NCBI RefSeq assembly: GCF_000150275.1
Contig: NW_002060946.1
Coordinates: 1,512,202 to 1,576,201 of the forward strand
From: Trichoplax adhaerens
Lineage: Eukaryota > Animalia > Placozoa
Length of the DNA stretch: 64,000 nucleotides
Direction: 5' to 3'
This document shows, one piece after another, positions 49,551 through 62,985 of this stretch. Numbering within the stretch: the first letter of the stretch is position 1; every line of letters begins with the position of its first letter. The position numbers and the translations under genes were made by a program. Under the pieces are notes generated by a model, which saw only the letters and a program-made list of their open reading frames with translations, made no database searches and was not told the origin of the DNA.

Positions 49551-50452
49551 ATAAGCGCTGTACTGTCTGTCTATCCATTGGAATGAAGAGAGGCACATGA
49601 TTGTCATTTCATGGTCAGATCTAGCACATAGATATTAACAGACAGACAAGTAATTGCATTAATCATAAAATGCAAGAGAATGAGTGCTTATGCTGTCTAG
49701 TACTAGTGATAAAGTACTACTGTTATATCGGTTGGATGGATCTTTAACTTTCAACTCTTTAAGGTCACATCATGTCATCATCAATTTGCATGATTTATGA
49801 TGTCATCCTTGACTGCAGCATAGGCATAAGCATCGGGAAATGCAAATGAATGCCATGATCAACTAGAGTATAGGTCGAGTGGAATCCATGTACATTGTAC
49901 AGGACTGTTTAGTGTCTACCATAGCCACAGAACCAGGGACTTTTAAGAAGAGAATGTTGATTACTCCCCTCCCTAAACGCCAAAAAAGCACAAACTTAGT
50001 CCATTTCTGCTCATTCTGCTAGACTCTAATGCAGAGATCGTCCATTATACTGTCAGCTGAGTCAACATACGGTACAGTTCCAAGGAGCAATCAAATAGTC
50101 GACTGGCACATTTGGAGTCTAGGCTAAAACAACAATTTTCGGTCTGTCTCTCTTTCCCTTTTTTACTAGTACCGAATAGCTACATAAGGCATAGTCGTAG
50201 AATGAATAAATAGACCACTGGGTGCAACATCATGGACGAATCCACTCGATACTGTAGATATGGTAGTCCTTGGCAACATACGTGCATGCATACAAGATAT
50301 ATAAAGTACAGTATGTATTATACACATTATGCAGTAAATTCGACATAGTCCACAGCAGAGTATTGGCTAAAACCCCTCAGTACAGGACCATCATCAGCCT
50401 AATATTATCTACTCTCTGCTGCCACAACAAGTCCCAAGCCATCCTTGTTTGG

Positions 50453-51867
50453 ATGTCTGCCATGATCATGGAGGTAAGCAACGTTGACTAATTCATTTTC
50501 AGCTATGAATTGCACAATAAATCCATTCCATAACATAGGATAAGAGGAAGCACTCTAGACTTTGTATCCATTGATTAAAAGCATTGAGTTAGAACTGCTT
50601 AAAAGAAGGATTATTTAGCTGCCGGTTCTTCTACGCCTGCTGAAGACTAGTCCCCTCTTCAATGAGATGCAGTGCTGCTATATTCCAATGATTCAATCAA
50701 TGTCTAATTTGATTTCTACAACAGAAACCTAAACGCCCAGCAATTGATATCACGGCCGTACGTGATTTGGAATCACGTGCCAATGACATTCGGGATAACC
50801 TAAACGAAATGTTAACCAAGTTAAAATCAAATATGGATCAAGTTAGTCAACAAGCTCAGTTTGCAATCAAAATAAACCTACTCTACTTAATGAAATATCG
50901 CATTCTAAACGGTCAATTCGGTATAAATTGACATTGAACACTTCTTTTAGATATCTCAAGTAACGGTGGACGGATTAAAAATTTATCAACATAGCGTTGA
51001 CGATATCTGCGACAGCTTAGATAGAAATATTCATGTAAGTACCAAAAAATACGTCAGTGAACTGAAACTTGTGCAATCTTCGCTATCAACTGTCCATCCA
51101 TGCATGAATTTGCATTGTATGGCCTGTAGTATGGGTCAATTACCACTCTTTCGGAAGTAATTTACAGCAGTTTAGCATGAATCAATTCAAAGTCGGCCGG
51201 TTGTGTGTGTCACGAGTAGTTAATACTTGCTAAACGCAGATGTTGATCAACTTTTACTTTTATTCTGTTGCCATTAATAGAGCATGTATAACCTAATGTC
51301 AAAGTGCGACGAAATTGATCGAAATATGAATCCGTTGTATGAAATGGCTGCCGAAATGTAAGTGCATGAATCGTATGTTCAATCTTATTTAGAAAGGAGA
51401 CCATTGCCGATATAATCATCATGTATAATTCAAATGCAGATACTGGTCATGGCAAGAAATCCCATACTTATTTATACAGAATAGCAAATATTTCTGTGAC
51501 CAATACAATTATGCACTTGCAATAACTGCTTATTACAGTACTCCAGTTGCTAAATCGAAATACCGCCAAATAGACTATATAGCATAATTCCACAAATTAC
51601 ATCATTTATTAATTATTATTGTTTATGATATGCTTAGCTAAAACAAATAGTTATATCATGGTACAGTAATACAGCTATATAGTCATGATATCTTATGAAA
51701 TTTACCAATTTTCTCGCATCGGTAAATATGCTGCAACCGCAGTCAACGAATATTAGACTGCAAAAACAATCGGTTTCTCATTGCACAATAACAAATGTTA
51801 GCCTATTGCTTTCCATAGAAAACAATTTCAAAAAATACTAACAGAATTAGAAGCTGAATGGAAATAG
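50453..51867 (+). CDS. BORCS6: BLOC-1-related complex subunit 6 (lyspersin), minimal ~115-aa form
   Basis: Exons 50725-50841 (PAIDITAVRDLESRANDIRDNLNEML), 50951-51034 (ISQVTVDGLKIYQHSVDDICDSLDRNIH), 51281-51357 (SMYNLMSKCDEIDRNMNPL) and 51819-51867 (IKQFQKILTELEAEWK*). These match the recalled BORCS6 C-terminal domain (DPAVLRDLE..YRDAVDSLGEAVDMSIKGMYTLLARCEEL). The first exon 50453-50473 (MSAMIME|gtaagc) is less certain. Confidence 0.88.
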
Positions 51868-53249
51868 AATTCTTTTCAACAAGATGGATATGCTGTATCA
51901 GGTGCAATCACTAGCTGCAGTATTACTAATCAGTTTTATCAATTTAGCTAAAATATAACGAAGTCCAAATGTGATCAAAAATCCAATGTTGGAAGTGATA
52001 CAGAAGTCAGACTTGTAAGTTTCTCACTTACAAACTTGTATTGTTTCATGTGCAAATCGTTTCAATCAATGCAATGTTTTATTGCAAACGTGGAAGTAAA
52101 TTCCTATCACCTGTAAATGAAACTTCTGAATATATCCAATCTTCTCTACCAAGCTAGACAACTTTATAAACCTTGTACAGTATATCATTAGTGTATTCTA
52201 TAAATGCGCCTGTAATATACTTATATAATATTCGTGCATAACGTAAACTGTATATACAGCATAAGCCTTTGTTATTCCATGGTGTATTCCTAAATTCTAT
52301 CATGTAACTATTGCTCTGTTAACACATTTTGATTGTAATTGCATCATACTGGCTTGGAATAATCTCAGATACAGATCGCATACCATTCATTCAAGCTCAG
52401 TATGGTGTAGGCTTCGATAAAAAGACCGTACGATTCATTAAGCAACACGATTACATTGAAATACTATTATTTAATTTCATAACTGTAATAAAAATTAACT
52501 AAAAAATGAATGCAAACATAATAAATTGCACAGATTACATTCCCAGATAAACAAATAAATTTATTTTATTTCTTGACTACACCTCTGGACAAGTTTTATA
52601 AACACAAAATTATCTAAATTTATCTTTATGAATTTAGATATATCTGTGTAAACGAAAGTATATCTAAAAATTAAAATATTCATTGCTGGCAAGCATAAAA
52701 CATGAATTTCACGAATAAAATTAGAAAGTTATGAAACAAGCTGCACCGGTTCTAGCTGTCATTTAATATATGATACTCGGCATAGTATACAGAAAGATAG
52801 CATGAAATAAACAACATAATTATATTTGCTTCGACATGCAAGTGCATCCTGAATAAATTATTCATACAACTTTTTAGCCTATTAAAAGAGATCTATAGAT
52901 TTAAGCCTATGTGTATACATCTTAGTGTTTAGGTAGCAATTAATTATTCTTTAAAATTATTTCGTTGTTAAACTTCTATCTGATCTATATAAACATCGAT
53001 ACTATTGTAAAGCCTGCCTCTTATTTATTAATTAATGGGTAGTGTTCTATTAGAAATGGAGCTTTGTAATTATCATTGTAGTACTGTAATAAACATAACG
53101 GGTGAATACGAATGTAGCCATTTATACTTGTTAAGTGATCGATTGAAATTGCATATTTGTGCGAGATAATCTATAGCTTCTCGTTATTATAATATATCGG
53201 TACCTGTATAGTATACAGTGTAGACGTACGAATACTGGCTATCAATATT

Positions 53250-56200
53250 TTATCTATGAATAGGATGAGTGAATGCCATTCGTACTATTTGAGTAATCGG
53301 CTGAAATTCGATACCTCTCTTGCAAAATAAACGATAGCCTCTTCTATATTGTATTAAACTTGCCATCAATACTTCAGTTGTCGTTTCTTCATCAGGTTCG
53401 TTTACTTTAAGATATCTCATAGATAATATCGTAGCGATATAAACTATTGGTGTACTAGCAATAGTTGCATTTAACGATATAAATGACCATTTGTTCGAAT
53501 CCAATAAAACTGTAAATATAAACGTAACAAGTAAACATGTAGTAATTATAATATTATATAAAATTTGCCAAAGATTCAACGATACTTCAGGAGCATAGTA
53601 TCGTATATAATCGAATAGTTCTGAAGGTATTCCAATACACTCACAATCATCGATGTTATTTATTTTGTAATAGACTTGACTTAACTTTACTCGATAGTAT
53701 TCGACCTTTTTATCACTTAAGTGTTGACTAATGCATGCTAGCAATTCATTTAATCCATCATTGTATCCATGATAGAAATAGATATTATAATCGGGCGATA
53801 GTGTTACTTGGACAAAATCGTCATGTAATAGATTATATTGAAAGACGACTTTAGACATTCCAACTACTAATTCATAGTGATTTAATACTACGTATTGTAA
53901 ATATCGTCGAACATAATATTCTATTTGGCTGTCTTGTAACATTTCAGGTAAATCAATTGTTATTATAGGATTGTTAAGATCTTCCGAGACGACGAAATAG
54001 ATTTCCAGCTTTCCTTGTTTAGCAGTTAATATGTCATCGATTTTAGATTCTACACTCTGTTGTAACTTGATAATACGTTTAGGAAGCATATATCCTTTGC
54101 TTGCATACGAATCGATCAATTTTGTAATATAGTGTACATAAGGTATAATAACGACAATGACGATACTAAAGTAAACGGAATGGGTGATAATAAATATCGT
54201 AACATTGATAATAATACGGCAAATGACTTGAAAAGTTAGCCAAAATGTTACTATAGTAATTGTAGAATACAAAAACGCTATGAGAAATAAGATAGGCGAT
54301 ACTATGATATTAAAGCGCTTCAATTCGGAACTTGTAAATAGAAAATATCGTTTTAATTTCAAGGTAAGAACCTCACACATAAATAATGCAATTCGTAGTA
54401 GTTCAATAGGGCCGAAAATAAAGAAGGGTAGACAAACTAGGAGCGTAAGTAGACCCTTAATGAATTTCATAAAATGGCAAGACGTTAAATGATTTATAAT
54501 ATCTTTGAGACGAGTTATAAATTGTAGGTGTAAATGTCCAAAATTACTTCGAGTTAAGACTTTATAATTTGATGTTGATAGGGGAAGAAGACGCTGATAC
54601 GATGATGAGTTAGTTAACCAGAATTGTTTTAGATGGGCTAATATTATAATTAAGGTACAAAAACAATGAATACCCCCGAAAATTGATAGCCAAAATCTAA
54701 TCTCGTAGAGCATAGATAGAGGCTGCACAGCGGGTAAAATCATGAAGAAAGGAGGAAATATTTGTAAACCAATAGAAATGAATGTTCCAGTAAATCCAGC
54801 AAAGAATAATAGAATATAAATTAAGCTGCATTGGATTTGTAGCCAACGATTTTTGCTAGAACCGGTAGTTTCTCGGAGATAGAAATATCCGACTGTCTGC
54901 AACTTTACTTGGTTCAAAACAGAAACGCTAACTGAATCAATTTCCGTATTCCTAACAATAAACATATAACAGTTGTCAGCAATAAGGAGCCGATTTGTAG
55001 CTATCAAAATTTTTATCGTTTTCATTACACAGATTTGATTTGTATATCGTTGCATTACTATTCCTTACAACAGGAACAAAAGTTATGCATAAAAAGTATA
55101 TAATGTGTTAAAGCTTGTACCTTTTGTTAATAATATTTAGAAGACATACTATTCGAAGTCATAAAATACACATGGAAGTATTTTGGCGATTTTAAATGCA
55201 AAGAATTTGGATTTAATGGATTTTATAGCTTAGTCACTACTAAATGTTAATCTTTCTATTGATTTTAGCTCATTTTGTAGTGTACAAATAGATTCATCAA
55301 AATAGAACTACTTTAAAAATAAGATGTGACAATAAAATCATCACATACAATATCTACAAATTTACCCTAAAATTATCCATCAATTCGCTTCGAATCATTG
55401 CACTTAATATAGCTAAATTGAATTTACTAATCTCTAAATATTGAATCCAGAGCCGTACTTAGCATGTTTTTTATCAGATACTGAAGCGTATCAGGCTAGA
55501 AATTGTTGACATGAAATTATGGAATTTTCCATCACGCAAAGGGAAAATCTAAAATTACACCGCTGTACATGATATATATAGTACATGCCTGTGTCTAAAA
55601 ATATCACAGATCATGTTTCTAATTTCATAGCTGCTAGGTTTTATGTATTTTTGGGATAGTATTTTGTAAAATTACGTTATACTAACATAAAATTAAATAC
55701 CATTGCTGATGATAAGGACTTACTTTTCTAGGGTGTCCAGATAGGAACTAATAACTTTAGCCAATATATTTCCACCCAAAACTGTGCTCAAAATAATAGT
55801 AAATATCCTCATTATTGGCACATACCATGCGATAGTTTGAGGTTTTAAACATTTGTTAATATTAATCTCGGAATCTGATTCTTTATATTCACAACATGAA
55901 TAATCAGCTGTACCAAGATCACTTGTTTTATTCTTTAAAAAGTTTCTTCTGCATAAAGAGCCACTTTTTTCGCTAGAACTATTTTTACTATTATTTGATC
56001 GAATTAATTGAACCAAAGTTTTAAACACAATCAATTCTCGACAAGTATCATTAGCATGTATATAACAGCCTTCAGGAGATTCCATAACATGGACTTGTAG
56101 AGAAGATGCAAAGATCACGTATAGACTTAAGCTCGTAGTAATATAATCACTGGGTAATGCAAAAATAGCCCGGCCATAATCATTTCTTAACCACGCATAA

Positions 56201-56466
56201 AATGTACCCTGTTCTTCATGTCGGGGTCGAATGGGTTGACTGTCGTTTTCTTTACATAGGTAGAAAAACACAACGCGGATCGATGGAGATTTAATTTTAT
56301 TCTTGAAGTTGTTATATGTTTGAGTTTCTTCTAATATGCTTAATTGGCAATTAGAATAGCATTGGTGATCGTCAATATTATCAGAATTGACGTAGTGAAC
56401 GAATATAAATAGGCATAAAGTGGATAACCAAACAGATATCCTAAAGGAATTGGATTTGTAACCCAT
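53250..56466 (-). CDS. Uncharacterised multipass membrane protein, paralogue A (~814 aa, two exons)
   Basis: Exon 1 56466-55724 (signal peptide, Cys-rich ectodomain, TM1; donor AA|gtaagt) splices in phase 2 to exon 2 54951-53250 (ttag|G AAT), giving an intact 815-codon frame with ~7 further hydrophobic segments. Confidence 0.9.
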
Positions 56467-59400
56467 CGGACGAACTAGCGTAAGCTAAATCGTGAAATCA
56501 ATATAGAATGGATTTAGAGATGAGTAAATTTTACTATATTCTACTGATATGACTAAGTTGCTTCAAAAATGTAATACCTTCTAAACTTGGTAGGTGTAGT
56601 GTTTGGGTATTACAACCCCTTAGGTTCGTATTCGTCTAACTCAAAATCTGAGATATTAGAATTGAGCAAATCTCTAATATGACACAACGTGACACAAGAT
56701 TAATAGGTTAAGGTATCTTGATTCAACAAATGGGTGCTGATTCGTTAGTACCCCACTACCTAACACTAAATATTAAATTACTTTCTTAAATAGACGTTAC
56801 CTTTAACGATTGAACAGAATTCGATTTCTATCAATTTATTCATCGATTAAATCCATCTACTAATATCCACTGGTAATGTCCTGTATAATTGTACTGGTAG
56901 GGAACAAGACCTTTGAACTAATTTTAAGCACAGTGGTGAGTCTAACTTGTTTATTATTCTTAGCATTCCTGCAAAGTGTTTTTTTCAATTTTCATACTAG
57001 GCCATAGCGTGAACTGTTTCCAGGCACTGTGGTGTTTTTGAGCTGAATTTGGCAATCAATAAACAATCATGAATGCCCTCAATCGTGACCACATAGAAAG
57101 ACTGCCGTAGCTTGATTTGTCGATGATCCTCGCCAACATATTTATTATTTATTCATTCTTTTTTGCGTCAAGTTGCTAAAGATAACACAGTCCATATAAT
57201 GGGTTATATCTTGTGCCTCTTCTATTATAAAGCATGCCAAATATGATTAGATTTTACAATCTCATCAGTAATACTTATCGTATGGATACACGTATAGCGT
57301 ATTATAAATCAATTTAGATAGTAATATTTCATATGAATTTTATACCTGAAGAAATTGATTTGCGCGTATTAAACTCAATATAATAAATATCACCATCACT
57401 TTGGACTAAAGCAAATGAGTATCCATATAACCACATGCACAGCTCGTGAGAACGGAGATTAGACAGAAATTGTTACGCTATAATTATCAACGCTATGACA
57501 TAATAATCAAAAGGAATTACAGGCAATGATAACATTTTTGTAAAAGTTTTATTTAAGTTTCGATTAACAAAAGATAAATTGCTATTCAATTGATGAAGAT
57601 ACTGTAAATGGATTGGTTGCATTGATAATACGTGTATTAATTTAAAACATCTACGGTTTTAAATATTATCTATCTGATAGCACTAATAACGTTTTAGTAA
57701 GTCTTATACAGCTTGAATTGCTTATCAGATTAGGTTCCAACTTCTTTTAAATCACAAACTGTAAACTAGCTCTTGTTGTTAAAAGTACACAATATTGACT
57801 GTTGGTAATTTATAGGAATGCTTTCAATAAGTCATTGACGTCGATAGTAGTGCTTCAAAAGTGTGTATCAAATGGTCTCTCTTTCTAAATCGAACTATAG
57901 TAGCACCCAGTATCAGCGGAGTATATAGCACTATCTAGTTATTTGGAAGGTCAACGTTATTTATAATAAATAACTTGGTAAGGCCGAAGTTAAACATTTT
58001 GTTTGATAACAGCAATAATTAATCAGTAGAAATATATTGTATTTTGCAATAGCTTGTACTATATTCTTCAAACAAGCCTACAAGTACAGGAATTTTATTA
58101 CAGACAATGTTAAGATACAACATAAAGGATACTACACTAGGTTAAAAGCAGTTACGATGATGCAATTATCAAATATTAATAGCAAAAAATGCCACTTTCA
58201 TTAGCTCTGCGTATTGATTTATTACTGAATCATTTTAAATTATAAATGAAAACTAATACAATCCAGATATTTTAATAAGTTGCTACATTAATCAGGTATG
58301 CTACGGCATAAAGTAGGTACTTGTCATGGCATTAGATCATCGTGATTTATTAGTTTGTAGAATTGATTGGTATACAGTAGATACGGCAGCTTATTATCAG
58401 AGTTATAGTTATAGGCCAGCTTATGTACCCTGCAGTGTTTATACTCAGAAAATATCAATTATTCTGCATACGGTAGAAATAAATGTAATCTTTGCCTATT
58501 TCCATGTTTAGGTTATACGGCTAATGTATAATTTTAGAAATATACCAATACCTATATTGATAATATTTAGAGCGTAAGCTTATGATATAATAGGTGTATC
58601 AATCAGTGCTATGTAGTAGCAGTAGAATCTTTAATTTACATACAGTATAGTGATATGTTATCGGCCTCAGGAGATGTAGCTGTTGTTTAACGGTTTGCGT
58701 GAGTAATGTTACGTAAGAACATGTAAATAGTATTTAAGCTTTTTGCATGAAGTAGTAAGTGGTTTGATAATTTACAGTTTACATATAAGTGGATGATCTC
58801 GATTGTTTCTGCCGTGAAACTTGAGAAAAAAGTTTATAGTTGTCATGGAGAACTGATCTTGAAAAGGAGTTCAAGATATAAAAAGATCAGAGAAATATCT
58901 CTGATGTAGTTTTGTCGCAAGAATTTTGTTTTATTTAAATGTTATAGGATTAATTCCAAAATAAAAGCGTGATGGTGCAAAATAGAACCAAAGACACTAA
59001 TAGCCATTTAATCAGGAACCCAGTATGTAATTAGATGGATTGGATACGTAGATAGCGATTTGAGATTACAATCACAAATACCGAGAGTGTTAAGAAAAGT
59101 TGCTTCCTCTATAATAACTATATAAAAATTTTATATTTTAATACCAATTAATATTAAAGGTTTGATTTTTCTAGGTCCTAAGCATTCTGTAAAAATGCCT
59201 AAGTAAGGTGCTACGTTAGTTAGTCCATTCAATCATTTCCAGGACAGGTTTACTACATACTACATAATATAAACTGGCTATAAGTTGTATTTAATCCTTA
59301 TCTATGAGTATTGATTTAAATTTGCTATTGTAATTAACTGTGAAGACATAAAAGCTAAAATTTATATATATAATCAATACAAGACGACATAAATGTATTT

Positions 59401-59775
59401 AAAAATAAGATACATGGATGATGTATATTTACAAACTATAATCTCACCAAATTAATATCTTGATGGCTTAAAGGGCGTCAAGTTATATATAAACGATTTA
59501 GTGCGAATAGCCTTAAATAACCTAATTACTAGCAGCTATAATCAATAGTGCAAGAATTATATCATGACTCTGGCCATTATCCCTTTAGCAGCTACGAATT
59601 ATGGCCATAATCTTATAGCGTCAAATAAAATTACATTTTATCCGTAATCATAATAGTATGAGACTTGAATTTATCTTATTATATAAATTTCCATACTTGC
59701 CACAATTACGTTTTCTTGATATTATATACCACACATATTACTCTACATTCTAAAAACATATTTAAATTTATTCAA

Positions 59776-62700
59776 TTAAACGCGATACAGAAGCCCATCG
59801 CGAGGTTGGCTGTTGTAATTAATGGCCTCAGCTCTTTCATTTTGGCGATTACGATAAGAAAAAAGGATTCTCTTCAGCTGTTCAAAAGGTTGGAATTCAA
59901 TGCCTCTTGTACAGAAAAATCGATAGCCTCTATGATACTGAAGAATGTTTGTTAGCAGAATCATATCGGCCGTCGGACCAGCAACCTCGGAAATAGTCAA
60001 ATATTTTAATGACAGTGTTGTGGTAATATAGACAGATGGTATATTGGCAGCTGCAGCGCTAATCGTAAAGATCGTCGGCAGATTGGAATCGAGTAGGATG
60101 GTCAAGCAGAAGGTTAGAAATATTCCAGTGGTTATTGAAACATTAAGGAAAACGCGCCATAGATTAAGAGATATTTCTGGAGCATAATATCGAAGATAAT
60201 AAAAGAGTTCTAATGGAATTCCAACGCATGGAAAATCATCAATATTTTCGATCGGATAATAAATTTGAGTCAATTTGCTGCAAAATTCTTCCTCAGTTAG
60301 ATTTTTTAAATGCTCACCAATTGAATCTGTTAATTGACTTAACTGTAAATTACAGCTCTTAGTGAGATAATCTTGATTAAGCTGTGGCAAAGTTACTTTT
60401 ACTTTATCCTCTTGTCTTTCATATTGGAACGTAATTTTAGACACTCCATCGACTAGAGTACGATGGTTAGCCTTAATTAGCTCTTGTAAATTTTCACAAA
60501 TCTGCTGTCTTATAGTTTGTTCATTTAGCATTTCTGGTACATCAATAGCAATATTTTCATCCTTACTATTGCGAGATAGCTTAAAGTATACATGTAGTGT
60601 GCCTGATTTTGCTGTATATACCTCCCGGACCTTTTTCGTTACGACTTCTTTTAATCTAAGAACTTTTTGAGGTATCATATGTTCCTTCCTTCTGTACGCA
60701 TCAATAATTCTGATCACGTAAAACACGTAAGGAACAACAAGGATTATAACCACGCTGAAATAGACAGAATGAGCTATTATAAAAGCTGTAGATGTAATTA
60801 TTACCTTAACCACAAATTGCAAAAATAACCAAATGCCGAAGATGGTCAATACAGAATACATTAGGGCTGCAATAGCAAACAGTGTCGATATTAAGCGATA
60901 CGTTGGTGTTGCTCTAGATGTCGTAGGCAGGAGGTTATTAGCCATATTTAATGATAAGATGTCGGTAATAAATAGAACAATGCGAATAATTTCAATCCTT
61001 GCCAAGATCACAAATGGCAGGCATATAAATATTGAAAAACAAGTTTGGATAAAACTTATAGAACTTCCCGATCTCCAATAAGCTACGGCATCTTTCATGT
61101 AATTAGTAAACTGGAAATGTAATTGTCGATGACTATTACCAGTAAAGCATTTAAATGATTTATCTTGCGATTGCTTGGATCGAATTGGAGAGTTTACGCA
61201 GCAAAATTGCTTCAAGTGAGGCAATACAACAATCGTTGTTAGCAACGCATAGCAATAACCCACGATTGAGACACCGAAGTAGATCTTTCGTGGTATTTTA
61301 ATGTCGTAAATTCTAGGGTGGAACTGAAAATACGCAGGAAATATCTGAAAGGTAACCGACAGTATTGCTCCAGCAAAAGCAATTAATGCCAGTAAAATGA
61401 GCTTGAAACAGTAACCAAGCTGCTTGCATCGACTTTTTTCGTCCAGTTTACGTAAGTAAAAATATCCAATGGCATGAAATTGTAAAGAATTCAAGATCCG
61501 AATCTTTTGAGAGTTTTCTGTGGTTGTTCTATTAAAGTAATTACGTAAATGAAATTAACAGTTAGTAATTTAAAGCGATACTGTGGTAAAATTTTTATTG
61601 AGAAAGAGCGTAAATAGAAATTGCTCAAAAAGCTCGTATAAGAAGTATTTAACGATCTGCACATGTTAACTAGAAATAACCTATTCCATTTAGCTTGATC
61701 GCTGTTGATAGACTACTTAATACAACCTAAATTACAACAAATTTTACCATGTCAGTATCATAGCGCTTGAAGTAGTAAGCTAATCATATTAGAAATCCTA
61801 TACTTTAATAAAATTGTACAGAATGGGAATGGTTGGGCTACTCATTCAGTGTTTTCAAAGTAAATAATGTTACCGGTATTTTACGGCTGATTGCAAGGAA
61901 ATGACTAAATGTAACTATAGTGCTGAAAGTAATCTATACATTCTAATTTATCCCATAGTATCTAAATTTCTATCCTTTGGTTTCTTACCTATGAGAAGAT
62001 ATGCATAACTGATACCCAATAAGTATAAATAATTTAGCGATAGAATTTCATGCTTTAAGTCTTATGCATATACAGCTATTCTGAATCACTAAGTACATAT
62101 GGTAATAATAATTTAATTTTGAGAGATTCTACCTGATAGTACCGTAATCCTGAAATAGCAAAAATTGTAGCTGGATGGATCATGTCAATATAACATGTTC
62201 AATAGGCTATCATTCGTAATATGTAGTATTGTAACATAGCATACAGCACATGACACTTACTTTCCACGAGAGTCCATATAGCCATTGATACATTTGACCA
62301 TAAAGGCTACACTGATTGGGATGCTGATAATAATTGTCAGCATCTGCATATAGGGAACATACCAATCAATTGGCTCGCGCACCAGGCATTTATTAATATC
62401 AACCACAAATTCTATATCATCTTCATTGCAGCATGAATAGATGACAGTAGTAGGATTAGCACCAATTTCTGCAGAATAATTCCTTCTGCAGATAGTACCA
62501 CAAATTGACTTCGGAGGGCATAGACTTGGCAATCGAATAAATTTGGTTAAAGCAGTAAATATCAAATGGCGTCTACATTGTAATGGCAGCGCATTATAGC
62601 AGCCTGGTTTTGTCTCGTTGAGGTTGATGGTGAAATTTTGCGTAAATACCGAGGGTAGACCTAATGTTGAACTCATATAGTTGCTTGATAAGGAGAAAAT

Positions 62701-62985
62701 AGACTTGCCATCCCCTTTTCGAACCCATGCATAGATGATATTTTTCGATTTATTGTAAAGATTTTCGCGCCCGTTATATAAATCAAAGTAGATTACTCGT
62801 GATGCCTTATGGGCAATGACTCGAATAAATTTTCGGTATGTTCTGAGCTCATTTGCGACTTTTAGTTGGCACTCACTGAAGCATTTGGTAATGTTGACGT
62901 CGGTCGATGAAACTTGATGAACGATTGAAATCATCCAAATTAGACTTATCCACTTGGCAACGAAAGTGCCAGATACCAGAGCCAT
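59776..62985 (-). CDS. Uncharacterised multipass membrane protein, paralogue B (~825 aa, two exons)
   Basis: Exon 1 62985-62261 (donor AA|gtaagt) splices in phase 2 to exon 2 61528-59776 (atag|A ACA), giving an intact 826-codon frame. Same intron position and collinear motifs as paralogue A. Confidence 0.9.

Noticed and set aside
53250-62985. Assignment of the orphan TM pair to GPCRs or gustatory-receptor-like 7TM ion channels
   Set aside because: No DRY/NPxxY, GPS or class C motifs. The LIQY/ILQY tail only loosely recalls the TYhhhhhQF signature, and a signal peptide with an extracellular N-terminus contradicts GRL topology.
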